From: Alphaproteobacteria bacterium casp-alpha2
GTDB taxonomy: Bacteria; Pseudomonadota; Alphaproteobacteria; Rhodospirillales; Casp-alpha2
Assembly: GCA_001510075.1 (NCBI GenBank)
Contig: LFEN01000034.1
Span: 354 to 64,353 of the forward strand
DNA length: 64,000 bases
Direction of reading: 5' to 3'
Each line of letters opens with the position of its first letter. Within the stretch, counting starts at the first letter, position 1. Below are positions 17,168-25,606 of the stretch, in pieces. Position numbers and translations under genes: made by a program. The notes below the pieces were generated by a model. That model was given only the letters and a program-made list of their open reading frames with translations, did no database searches and was not told where the DNA came from.

Positions 17168-18894
17168 GCACATTAGAGAGCATTGAGACCGATATCCTGA
17201 TCCTGGGCTCGGGCGGCGCCGGGCTGTTTGCGGCGCTGCATGCGTCGAACGCGGCGCCGGACCTGTCGATAACCGTCGCCGTCAAAGGATTGCTGGGCAA
17301 AAGCGGCTGCACGCGCATGGTCCAAGGCGGCTATAACGTCGCCCTGTCACCGGATGATTCCCTGGAACGGCATTTCATGGATACCATCGAGGGCGGCAAA
17401 TGGTTGAACCGCCAAGATCTCGCCTGGGCGCTGGTTGTCGGCGCGCAGGAACGCATCCGCGAATTGGAAAACGAGCTCGGCTGTTTCTTCGACCGCAACG
17501 AAGACGGCACCGTGCACCAAAAAGCCTTTGCCGGGCAGACCTTTGATCGCACCGTTCACAAAGGCGATTTGACCGGGATCGAGATCATCAGCCGCCTCGC
17601 CGAACAGGTGTGGTCGCGGGGGTTGGGGCGGCTGGAAGATCACCGCGCCGTCGAGATGATCCCGGCGAAAGACGGTTCCGGCCTGGCCGGCGTGTTGATG
17701 ATCGATATCCGTAGCGGCGGCTTTCTGTTCGTTCGCGCCAAGGCGGTGCTGCTGGCGACCGGCGGCGGGCCGACCATGTACCGGTTTCACACGCCGTCGG
17801 GAGAAAAGACCTGCGACGGCATGGCCATGGCATTGCGCGCCGGATTGTCGCTCAGGGATATGGAGATGGTGCAGTTCCACCCGACGGGGTTGCTGGCCGG
17901 GACCGATACGCGCATGACCGGCACCGTATTGGAGGAAGGCTTGCGCGGACACGGGGCCTATTTGCTCGACGGCAATGGCGAGCGGTTCATGGACCGTTAT
18001 GACGAGCGCGCCGAACGAGCCACGCGCGACATCGTCAGCCGCGCCATGTTCGAGGAAATGCGCACCGGCAAGGTCGGGCCGCTGGGGGGTTTGTACCTTT
18101 CGACAGCGCACCTGGACGAAGCCGACATCCGGCGCCACTTCCCCGGTATGGTCGAACGCTGCGCTGATTGCGGGTTTGATCTCGCCGGCGACAAGGTCGA
18201 GGTCGTGCCGACGGCGCATTACATGATGGGCGGCGTCGAGTTCGAAGCCGATTGCGGAACCGCGCTGGGCGGCTTGTTCGTTGCCGGCGAGGATACCGGC
18301 GGCGTGCACGGCGCCAACCGGCTGGGCGGCAACGGCGTCGCCAACTCCACGGTTTTTGGCGGCATCGCTGGCGATACAATGGGCCGATGGGTGCCGAAAG
18401 AAGGGGAATTGCGCGAGCCAGATGAAAACGCCCTCGACGCGGCCATCGCCCTTTGCCGGACGCCATTTGGCAAACCACCCGGTGATCTGGAAGCGGTGCG
18501 CGAGAAGCTCGCGACCATCATGTGGGACGATGTCGGCATTATCCGCGACAAAGCCTCGCTGGATCGCGCCGAAGGCGCGTTGCAGGACCTGGAAGCGGAA
18601 CTGGACAATATCGGCGTTGCCGATGACGACCTCGCCTATAACCTGACCTGGCACGACTGGATGAACCTGAAAAACCTGATTTTGGTATCGCGCGCCATTA
18701 CCGCGTCGGCAGCCGTGCGCGAAGATTCCAGGGGCGCGCATTACCGGTCCGATTTTCCGGCGGCGAGTGCGCTGGAAACATCGGCTTTTACCCGCGTTGT
18801 GATGGAAAATGGTATACTGGAAACATCCACCCGGCCGGTGGAATTCTCCCGTGTCAGGCCGGGGGAAACGTTGCTGGGTAAAAATTCCGGATAG
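17164..18894 (+). CDS. FRD/SDH-family flavoprotein subunit lacking the covalent-FAD histidine
   Basis: Contains ILILGSGGAG (FAD), QFHPTG, RATRD, HYMMGG and GANRLGGN. The TTG start overlaps the upstream stop (TTGA). See the finding on KSGCTRMVQGG. Confidence 0.85.
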   Translation: MSTLESIETDILILGSGGAGLFAALHASNAAPDLSITVAVKGLLGKSGCTRMVQGGYNVALSPDDSLERHFMDTIEGGKWLNRQDLAWALVVGAQERIRELENELGCFFDRNEDGTVHQKAFAGQTFDRTVHKGDLTGIEIISRLAEQVWSRGLGRLEDHRAVEMIPAKDGSGLAGVLMIDIRSGGFLFVRAKAVLLATGGGPTMYRFHTPSGEKTCDGMAMALRAGLSLRDMEMVQFHPTGLLAGTDTRMTGTVLEEGLRGHGAYLLDGNGERFMDRYDERAERATRDIVSRAMFEEMRTGKVGPLGGLYLSTAHLDEADIRRHFPGMVERCADCGFDLAGDKVEVVPTAHYMMGGVEFEADCGTALGGLFVAGEDTGGVHGANRLGGNGVANSTVFGGIAGDTMGRWVPKEGELREPDENALDAAIALCRTPFGKPPGDLEAVREKLATIMWDDVGIIRDKASLDRAEGALQDLEAELDNIGVADDDLAYNLTWHDWMNLKNLILVSRAITASAAVREDSRGAHYRSDFPAASALETSAFTRVVMENGILETSTRPVEFSRVRPGETLLGKNSG

Positions 18895-18913
18895 GCCCCC
18901 TTTTCGGAAAATT

Positions 18914-19804
18914 CTAAGACACCAAGGCAGCTCCTTCCTGGCCGTAATAGAAGCCGTTGGAAAACGGAGCAAAATCGACCAGCCTGTCGAGCCGCCGTTG
19001 GCCCTCGTCGGCAGTTTCGGTGCCATCTAGAACGTCCCGAAACACTTCCGCCACCTTGGCCATATCGATCATATGGGGCCACAGCCGGAAAGCGTCAATC
19101 CCCATGGCCTGCAACTCTTCCAGTTCGCTGATAAGGTTGAGCACCGAATGAGACAGCGTCTGAGGGCCGTTGACGGAGAGGAAACTTTTACCGTCAAGGG
19201 TCTGGACCTCCATGCCGTTAGGGTCTTGGATGCAGACGAATTGGCACCCGTCCTTGTGCAGTCCGTGGGAACGGGCATGGTAGCAGCGGGCTGAAATCGC
19301 CAACGGTGCGCGCCCAAAAGCTTGTACTTCTAATTCCCGGGTGGCGAAACTTGCCAGCGCCGACAAGGATCGGGACGGTAATTCCCAAGGAAGCGATACC
19401 CGTCTGGCGCCCTGATTTTCCAGGAATTCGAGCGAACCTTCGTTGTAGACATTGACGAAGGGGCCGATGACGTGATCGCGGCCCGCCAGCAAGGAAACGG
19501 CGGCCATGTCGTTGGCCTCGATGGTTAGTCCTCCGTTGCCGGCAAGGGCCCTGACCGAGTCCAGTTCCCGCTCGCTCATGATCAACGCCAGGGTCGAAAG
19601 GACTACCTCCTTGCCGCCGCGTTGGAGCCGCTCGATGACTTCCGGGAGAAAGGGCTCGAAAAAAGGCGTCCGTTTTGAGCAAACCACCTCGCCCAGGTAA
19701 ACGGTGTCGAACGGCGCTTCGTCGGCGATGTGGAAATAGAAATCGCGCTTGACCTCGGCATCCCAGTTAAACAGCACGGGACCAAGGGAAAGTTTTGCCG
19801 TCAT
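18914..19804 (-). CDS. ubiV: U32-family protein UbiV (O2-independent ubiquinone biosynthesis)
   Basis: 296 aa. LSLGPVLFNW...VYLGEVVCSKR is YhbV/UbiV-like, and the gene lies directly downstream of a UbiU-like U32 gene. Confidence 0.7.
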   Translation of the reverse strand: MTAKLSLGPVLFNWDAEVKRDFYFHIADEAPFDTVYLGEVVCSKRTPFFEPFLPEVIERLQRGGKEVVLSTLALIMSERELDSVRALAGNGGLTIEANDMAAVSLLAGRDHVIGPFVNVYNEGSLEFLENQGARRVSLPWELPSRSLSALASFATRELEVQAFGRAPLAISARCYHARSHGLHKDGCQFVCIQDPNGMEVQTLDGKSFLSVNGPQTLSHSVLNLISELEELQAMGIDAFRLWPHMIDMAKVAEVFRDVLDGTETADEGQRRLDRLVDFAPFSNGFYYGQEGAALVS

Positions 19805-19815
19805 GTTACCTCCGC

Positions 19816-20808
19816 TCAGTGCCAGGTTTTGTCGTAGGCGCCGGTGGTGTCCCGCTGACCTTCGGTCACACTATCCAGGCACCCGCTAACCACCGGCTCG
19901 CCCTGGGCCGTGGCATCGATTGCCTGGCGGAATGCCGACACCACACGGCTGACGTAGGCGCGACCGCGTTGGCGTCCTTCGATTTTCAGGGCGCTGACCC
20001 CGGCCGCGGCCAGTTCCGAAAGCATCGCCATGACATTGAGCGAGGCGGGTTCCTCGAAGAGATAGGAGGCGTCGCCTCGCGCCACGAAACGGCCCTTGCA
20101 CAGGGTCGGGTAACCGGCTGCTTCGTTCTCGGAGAATTCGTTAAGGGTGAAATCGCCGAGCCTGGAAACTAGCTTGCCGTCCCGTTTTTCGTAGCGGACA
20201 TGGCTTGCCGGAGAACACACGCCATCGGTATTTGGCGACCGACCGGTTACATAAGAGGAAAGAGAACACCGCCCCTCTGCCATCACACACATGCCGCCGA
20301 AGGCAAAAACCTCCGTTTCCACCGGAATCCGGGCGTTGAGGTCGGCGATTTCCTTGACCGTCAACACCCTGGGCAACACCACCCGCTTTACCCCGAAGGC
20401 ACGGTGGTAAAAATTGATGGCTTCAGCGTTGGAAGCCGATGCCTGGACCGACAAGTGACGACGCAGGCCGGGCTGCGTTTGCAGGGCGTAGTCTAGCAGC
20501 CCGATATCAGCGAGGATGACGGCATCCGCAGTCAATGCCGCCGCGTCGTCGATGGCCCGGCGCCAGGGGCCGGGGTTGCCGGCTTCGGCATACGTGTTGA
20601 TGGCGATGAAAACCCCGCATCCGCGTTGCCGGGCGTAGGCGATGCCTTCCTCCATTTCTCTGCGGCTGAAATTAAGGCCGGGAAAATTCCGGGCGTTGGT
20701 TTCGTCGGCGAAACCGGCATAAACCACGTCGGCGCCCGCATCAACCGCCGCCTTCAGGGCCGCCGGGTTGCCCGCAGGGCAGATGAGCTCCAGTCGCGAT
20801 GCCGTCAT
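19816..20808 (-). CDS. ubiU: U32-family protein UbiU (O2-independent ubiquinone biosynthesis)
   Basis: 330 aa. LELICPAGNPAALKAAVDAGADVVYAG and NTYAE are peptidase-U32 N-terminal motifs, and the order is ubiT-ubiU-ubiV. Confidence 0.7.
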   Translation of the reverse strand: MTASRLELICPAGNPAALKAAVDAGADVVYAGFADETNARNFPGLNFSRREMEEGIAYARQRGCGVFIAINTYAEAGNPGPWRRAIDDAAALTADAVILADIGLLDYALQTQPGLRRHLSVQASASNAEAINFYHRAFGVKRVVLPRVLTVKEIADLNARIPVETEVFAFGGMCVMAEGRCSLSSYVTGRSPNTDGVCSPASHVRYEKRDGKLVSRLGDFTLNEFSENEAAGYPTLCKGRFVARGDASYLFEEPASLNVMAMLSELAAAGVSALKIEGRQRGRAYVSRVVSAFRQAIDATAQGEPVVSGCLDSVTEGQRDTTGAYDKTWH

Positions 20809-20815
20809 CGGGTTT

Positions 20816-21319
20816 TTATCTCCGCTGCCTATCTATGAAGTTTCCCGGGTTCAACGGCCCCAAAACCGACAGCAGGTCGTCCAAGAGGACGATGCCGGCA
20901 CCATCGATGGCGTTGCGAAGCGTTACCACGGCTTCCATGTCGCCCTCAACGGCAAGGTCACGGGAAAAAAACAGGGCGTCACCGTCAAGCTGCCCCTCAA
21001 GCAATTGTATCAACAGCAGCAATGGCCCCTGGATCGTCGCCGTCGGCGTTATTCTCGCTTCCGCCTTGGCGACGGCGACAAGGCTTGGTGACGGCCCCGG
21101 GCGCAACAGAAAGCTGAAAGGAAAATCGACCGGGTCAATCAGGAACATACTGTCCGCCAGCCCATTCAGGCGCTCAAACAGGCCTGAATGGCGTCTGCTC
21201 ATAACTGCCATGGCGAGGTCAAGAAACGGTTGCAGCAATATTGGTGGCAGAGGGGCAAGCGCGGCGCCGGCCAATAGGACCGGCGTGAACGGCGGATAGC
21301 TGTTTGACGGACTCTGCAT
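20816..21319 (-). CDS. ubiT: SCP2-domain lipid-binding protein UbiT
   Basis: About 167 aa. The SCP2-like C-terminus (FFSRDLAVEGDMEAVVTLRNAID) and position upstream of ubiUV support the call. Start chosen at 21319; 21382 is possible. Confidence 0.6.
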   Translation of the reverse strand: MQSPSNSYPPFTPVLLAGAALAPLPPILLQPFLDLAMAVMSRRHSGLFERLNGLADSMFLIDPVDFPFSFLLRPGPSPSLVAVAKAEARITPTATIQGPLLLLIQLLEGQLDGDALFFSRDLAVEGDMEAVVTLRNAIDGAGIVLLDDLLSVLGPLNPGNFIDRQRR

Positions 21320-21398
21320 GGCGAGTAAACTCCCCCTTCCGGGGAAATCTTTCTTCCCCGGAACGTCGCCATGGTGGCACATCTCCTTCGGGGAGACC

Positions 21399-21412
21399 TT
21401 GATTTAAATCAA
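21399..21412. promoter_or_regulatory. Perfect FNR/CRP-family palindrome TTGAT-TTAA-ATCAA
   Basis: Read directly. It matches the TTGAT-N4-ATCAA consensus exactly and lies in the divergent region between ubiT (-) and the VOC gene (+). Confidence 0.55.
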
Positions 21413-21425
21413 TACCTGTGTTGGT

Positions 21426-21456
21426 GAGAAATTGGAGAAATTGGAGAAATGGGAGG
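21426..21456 (+). repeat. 9-bp tandem repeat GAGAAATTG x3 (third copy GAGAAATGG) plus partial copy
   Basis: Read directly. It sits immediately upstream of the ATG at 21462. Confidence 0.8.
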
Positions 21457-21461
21457 ATGCC

Positions 21462-21944
21462 ATGATCAAGGGCCTGCACCACAACGCTTACCGTTGCCGG
21501 GATTCGGAAGAAACGCGGAAATTCTATGAAGGTTTTCTCGGCCTGCCCTTGGTCGGGTCGCTGGAGATCGGCGAAACCAAGACCGGACGGGAAACCACGG
21601 TCCTGCATACTTTTTATCAAATGGACGACGGTTCCTGCCTGGCTTTCTTCGAAGCCCCGGCGCAACCCTTCGAGTTCAAGCAACAGCACGATTTCGATCT
21701 GCATATCGCGCTTGAGGTCGAGCCGGAATCTCTGGAAGAGATGTTCCAGAAAGGCCCGGAAGAAGGTATCGAGACCCGGGGCATCGCCGATCATGGCTTT
21801 GTCCGCTCGATCTATTTCCGCGACCCCAACGGCTATATCATCGAACTGACGGCGAAAACGCCGGACCACGACACCTATCTTGACCCGGAAACCAACGATG
21901 CCCGGCATATTCTCGAACGTTGGCAGGAAGCCAAAGAAAATTAA
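21462..21944 (+). CDS. VOC-family (glyoxalase/bleomycin-resistance/dioxygenase) protein
   Basis: MIKGLHHNAYRCRDSEETRKFYEGFLGLP is a typical VOC N-terminus. GGGAGGA lies 6 nt upstream of this ATG. The track start at 21432 is a TTG inside the tandem repeat. Confidence 0.7.
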   Translation: MIKGLHHNAYRCRDSEETRKFYEGFLGLPLVGSLEIGETKTGRETTVLHTFYQMDDGSCLAFFEAPAQPFEFKQQHDFDLHIALEVEPESLEEMFQKGPEEGIETRGIADHGFVRSIYFRDPNGYIIELTAKTPDHDTYLDPETNDARHILERWQEAKEN

Positions 21945-22486
21945 GGCAGCCGCGTTGCCCCTTCCGGCGGCTCGACCTGAAACGTGTTCAGGACCATGGA
22001 AATAATCGTGTAATAACCGGCCAAGGCCGTCAGCTCGAGCGTCGCTTCTTCGCCGAAGGTATTGCGGATGGCGCTGAAGGCGGCGTCGCTGACCCGGTGA
22101 TTGCCGTGAAGCTCTGAAATGAAGGTATAGACGGCTTTTTCGTCGGCGTCGGAAAAATCGGGCGTCCGTTCTTCGGCGATGGCGTCAGTGATGGCCGGGT
22201 CCAGTCCCTCTTTCGTTGCGAACGGCACATGGGCGTTCCATTCGTATTCCGCCTTCCAGAAACGCGCCGTGGTCAGGATGGCCAACTCGCGCAACTTGCC
22301 CGGCAGAACGGCATCGAAACGCAGATACGCGCCCAGTCCCTGCACATAATCGCATACACCGGGACTCAGCAGCATCGGCACGAACGGCCCGCGCACCCCG
22401 CCCCGGGGGCCGGCGATGATCTTGTCATGGACTTCTTTTTGCGCTTTCGTTAGTGCATCGGGGTCGAGGGGGGATAGGCGTTTCAT
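21941..22486 (-). CDS. Carboxymuconolactone decarboxylase (AhpD-like) family protein
   Basis: 181 aa with the family-typical N-terminus (LSPLDPDALTKAQKEVHDKIIAGPRGGVRGPF). Confidence 0.75.
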   Translation of the reverse strand: MKRLSPLDPDALTKAQKEVHDKIIAGPRGGVRGPFVPMLLSPGVCDYVQGLGAYLRFDAVLPGKLRELAILTTARFWKAEYEWNAHVPFATKEGLDPAITDAIAEERTPDFSDADEKAVYTFISELHGNHRVSDAAFSAIRNTFGEEATLELTALAGYYTIISMVLNTFQVEPPEGATRLP

Positions 22487-22511
22487 AAAATGATTCCTTT
22501 ATTCCAAGTAC

Positions 22512-23318
22512 TTAACCGACACGGCTGCCGCGCCCGCCGTCAACGGGCAGGGCGACCCCGGTAATGAACTTGGCTTCGTCGGAGGCCAGAAACAGCGACG
22601 CATAGGCGACATCCCAGGCGTCACCCATTTTACCCAACAGGGGGATTTTGGCGTCCCGCTCGGCGGCGACGTCTTCGCGTGGCCGGCCCCAGGCTTCGGC
22701 CCGGCGATCGACAGCCATGGGCGTGTCCATCAGGCCGGGCAGGATGACGTTGGCGCGAATGCCGAATTCGGCGTTCTGGATGGCGATTTGCGTGGTCAGG
22801 GCAATCATCGCCGACTTGCTCGCCTTGTAGGACACCCAGGGGTAATCCTCCCGCGCGGCCATCGATGAAATGCTGACGATGGCGCCGGATTTCTGTTTGC
22901 GCATCACCGGCAGCGTATGTTTGCAGGCATAGACCATGGAACGCAGGTTGACGGCGATAATGCGGTCGAAGGCATCAGATTCGATTTCGGTGATCGGTGC
23001 ATCGCCGCCTTCGACACTGATGCCGACGTTGTTGTGCAGAATGTTGATGCGCCCCCATTCGGCGACGCAGGCGTCAATCGCCGCTTTGACCTGGTCTTCG
23101 ATGGTGACGTCGCAGGTCACTGCTTTGGCCGCACCGCCTTCATCCCGGATCATGGTGGCGGTTTCCTCCGCCGAGTCCAGGTTGCGGTCAACGGCCATGA
23201 CTTTGGCGCCCTCGCGGGCATACAGCAGGGCCGTGGCGCGACCGTTGCCGGTGGCCGGTGTTTCTCCCGGCGCCTGTCCGGCGCCGAAAATGATAGCGAT
23301 CTTGTCCTTGAGCCGCAT
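22512..23318 (-). CDS. Short-chain dehydrogenase/reductase (SDR)
   Basis: Contains IIFGAGQAPGE (TGxxxGxG-like), NNVG, YKASKSA (YxxxK) and PGLMDTP. Confidence 0.9.
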   Translation of the reverse strand: MRLKDKIAIIFGAGQAPGETPATGNGRATALLYAREGAKVMAVDRNLDSAEETATMIRDEGGAAKAVTCDVTIEDQVKAAIDACVAEWGRINILHNNVGISVEGGDAPITEIESDAFDRIIAVNLRSMVYACKHTLPVMRKQKSGAIVSISSMAAREDYPWVSYKASKSAMIALTTQIAIQNAEFGIRANVILPGLMDTPMAVDRRAEAWGRPREDVAAERDAKIPLLGKMGDAWDVAYASLFLASDEAKFITGVALPVDGGRGSRVG

Positions 23319-23433
23319 GGCGTCCTCCCCCCGTTAAATTTATGAATCTAGGCGATAGCACGGAAGCGCTGGCGGAGAAACACCCGGTATTGGTAGAATG
23401 CCTGCGTCATAAAAATCCGGGAGGATAAGACCG

Positions 23434-23940
23434 ATGACCATCACCCTCGAAACCTTCGCCGCCGATTGCAAAGGCGTGCTCAGCGCCGATTCCGGGCCGG
23501 ACGGGTTGGAGCAAGTGCGGCAAAGGCTGATCGTCGCCCTAAAGGACCAGGACTTCCTGGCCGAGGCCCTGGGGGCGGGGGCGACGGAAGAAAGAAACAT
23601 GCTCTACGAGGACCCGGATATGGGTTTTTGCATCCTGTCGCATGTCTATGAAGGCGCCAAGACATCGGCGCCCCATGACCATGGCCCCAGTTGGGCCATT
23701 TATGGCCAGGCGGAAGGCTCGACGGAAATGTCGGACTGGAAAGTGCTGGAAAAACCGGACGGCGACACGCCCGGCAAGGTCGAACACATCCGCACCTATG
23801 CGCTGCAACCGGGCGACGCCCGCGCTTATCAGATCGGCGAAGTGCACTCGCCCAAGCGTATCGCTTCGACCAAGCTGATCCGCATCGAAGGCAAAAACAT
23901 GGATACGGTCAACCGGGACAAGTTCGACACCGTGGAATAG
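23434..23940 (+). CDS. Cupin-fold protein, cysteine-dioxygenase-like
   Basis: SAPHDHGPSWAIYGQAEG resembles the bacterial CDO-type HxH metal motif. 168 aa. This is a weak, motif-level call. Confidence 0.4.
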   Translation: MTITLETFAADCKGVLSADSGPDGLEQVRQRLIVALKDQDFLAEALGAGATEERNMLYEDPDMGFCILSHVYEGAKTSAPHDHGPSWAIYGQAEGSTEMSDWKVLEKPDGDTPGKVEHIRTYALQPGDARAYQIGEVHSPKRIASTKLIRIEGKNMDTVNRDKFDTVE

Positions 23941-24002
23941 AAACGCCGAGACCCCACGCATCCGGGGGAGAATGCGCGGGGCCGTTTATGCTCGACTGGG
24001 CA

Positions 24003-24542
24003 TCAGGCGGCCTTTTGATTGGCGTCCTTGATGTAGTCGAGCATGGTGTCGGCGTCCGAAACCTCGAACGGGTCGGTTTCGCAATTATCGGAAAAACCGT
24101 CTTCGGCAAACATCTTCTCGATAACGCCGTCGTTAACCAACATGGAATAGCGCCAGCTCCGTTTGCCGAAGCCGAGGTTTTCCTTATCCACCAGCATGCC
24201 CATCTCGCGGGTGAAATTGCCGTTACCGTCGGGCAGCAGGAAGACATTTTTGGCGCCCTGGGCTTGGCCCCATTGGTACATGACGAAGGCGTCGTTGACC
24301 GAAAGGCAGATCACGTCGTCCACCCCTTCGGCCCTGAACTGTTCGTAAAGTTCCTCGTAACGAGGCAGGTGGCTGGTCGAACACGTCGGCGTAAAGGCGC
24401 CGGGCAGAGCAAACAGCACGATTTTCTTGTTCTTGAAGATGTCGTTGCTGAGCACTTGTTTCCATTCGAAAGGGTTCGGGCCTTCGATGGCATCATTGCG
24501 GACGCGGGTCTGGAAAGTAGCTTGCGGTACGGTTTTCATCAT
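24003..24542 (-). CDS. Peroxiredoxin, Prx5-like (AhpC/TSA family)
   Basis: [22 protein letters not shown] contains the peroxidatic Cys motif PGAFTPTC. Confidence 0.9.
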   Translation of the reverse strand: MMKTVPQATFQTRVRNDAIEGPNPFEWKQVLSNDIFKNKKIVLFALPGAFTPTCSTSHLPRYEELYEQFRAEGVDDVICLSVNDAFVMYQWGQAQGAKNVFLLPDGNGNFTREMGMLVDKENLGFGKRSWRYSMLVNDGVIEKMFAEDGFSDNCETDPFEVSDADTMLDYIKDANQKAA

Positions 24543-24660
24543 CAGTCTCCTTTTAAAATTTTTCGGGCCCCTCTCGGGCCTTGTCGAGGGAGAATGTAGG
24601 GGCTATAAATTAATTGGTAAAACAAGTTAAATTTATTAAATTAAGTGGTAAAAACGATTA

Positions 24661-25596
24661 ATGTCTTTAATGAAGCGCCTGCCGTCGCTGACCCAGTTAC
24701 GCCACCTGGTGGCCGTGGCGGAGCACGGCCATTTCGGGCGCGCGGCGGAAGCCTGCTTCGTCACCCAATCGAGCCTCAGCGCCAGCATCAAGGAACTGGA
24801 AACGGGGTTAGGGAAAATTTTGATCGAGCGCACCCGGCGAAGCGTGATGGTGACGCCGCTTGGGGAATCCGTTGTCGCCCGCGCCCAAGACCTGCTCAGG
24901 GGCGCCGAAGATATCGTCGATCTGGTCGGGGCGGCGGATACGCCCTTGTCCGGCCCGTTGCGGCTCGGGACCATCCCGACCATCGGTCCGTTTGTGCTGC
25001 CCCGTGTTTTGGGCGATATCCGAAAGGCGCATCCGGCGCTCAAACTCTATTTGCGCGAAGACACCTCGGCGCGGCTGATCAATAGCCTGGGCAAGGGCGA
25101 CCTGGACCTGATTATGATCGCCTTTCCTTATGATGTCGGCGGCCTGGAAACCCTCGTATTTGCCGATGACCCGTTCTGGGTGGCCTTTTCCCAAGGTAAA
25201 GATTATGCGGCCAAGGAACGTCTGACGGGGGCGGACCTGGCAACAGAGGAAATGATTTTATTGGAGGAAGGCCATTGCCTGCGCGATCATGCATTGGAGA
25301 GCTTTGGCGGCAAACGGCGTCCGGCGCCGGCAGATTTCGGCGCTACCAGCCTGATGACGCTGGTGCAGATGGTGGAAAACGGATTGGGCATAACGATCCT
25401 GCCTAAAATGGCCATCGATGCCGGACTGGTCCGGGGTATGGCGGTACAGGTCAGGCCTTATGAAGGGAGCAGGGGGGCGCGAAAAATCGGCTTTGCGTGG
25501 CGGTCATCTTCTCCCCGGGCGGAAGAATTCCGGCTTCTCTCCGATTTCTTCCGCGATGAGCTGGCGACGCCATTGACGTCGAAGAAAAAGCCTTAG
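24661..25596 (+). CDS. oxyR: LysR-family transcriptional regulator, OxyR-like
   Basis: The HTH region LRHLVAVAEHGHFGRAAEACFVTQSSLSASIKELE is present. The gene is divergent from a peroxiredoxin across an AT-rich 118-nt region. GHCLRDH contains the OxyR-type redox Cys context. Confidence 0.75.
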   Translation: MSLMKRLPSLTQLRHLVAVAEHGHFGRAAEACFVTQSSLSASIKELETGLGKILIERTRRSVMVTPLGESVVARAQDLLRGAEDIVDLVGAADTPLSGPLRLGTIPTIGPFVLPRVLGDIRKAHPALKLYLREDTSARLINSLGKGDLDLIMIAFPYDVGGLETLVFADDPFWVAFSQGKDYAAKERLTGADLATEEMILLEEGHCLRDHALESFGGKRRPAPADFGATSLMTLVQMVENGLGITILPKMAIDAGLVRGMAVQVRPYEGSRGARKIGFAWRSSSPRAEEFRLLSDFFRDELATPLTSKKKP

Positions 25597-25606
25597 GCGC
25601 GCTAGC

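Noticed and set aside
17347-19026. 559-aa minus-strand ORF opposite the FRD-like flavoprotein gene
   Set aside because: Same reasoning: it mirrors a well-supported plus-strand gene, has biased R/G/A/H composition and no domain signature.
23945-23990. Imperfect hairpin CCCCACGCAT...ATGCGCGGGG between the convergent cupin and peroxiredoxin genes
   Set aside because: It is plausibly a bidirectional terminator, but the stem has a mismatch and no U-run on either side, so it is not reported as a feature.
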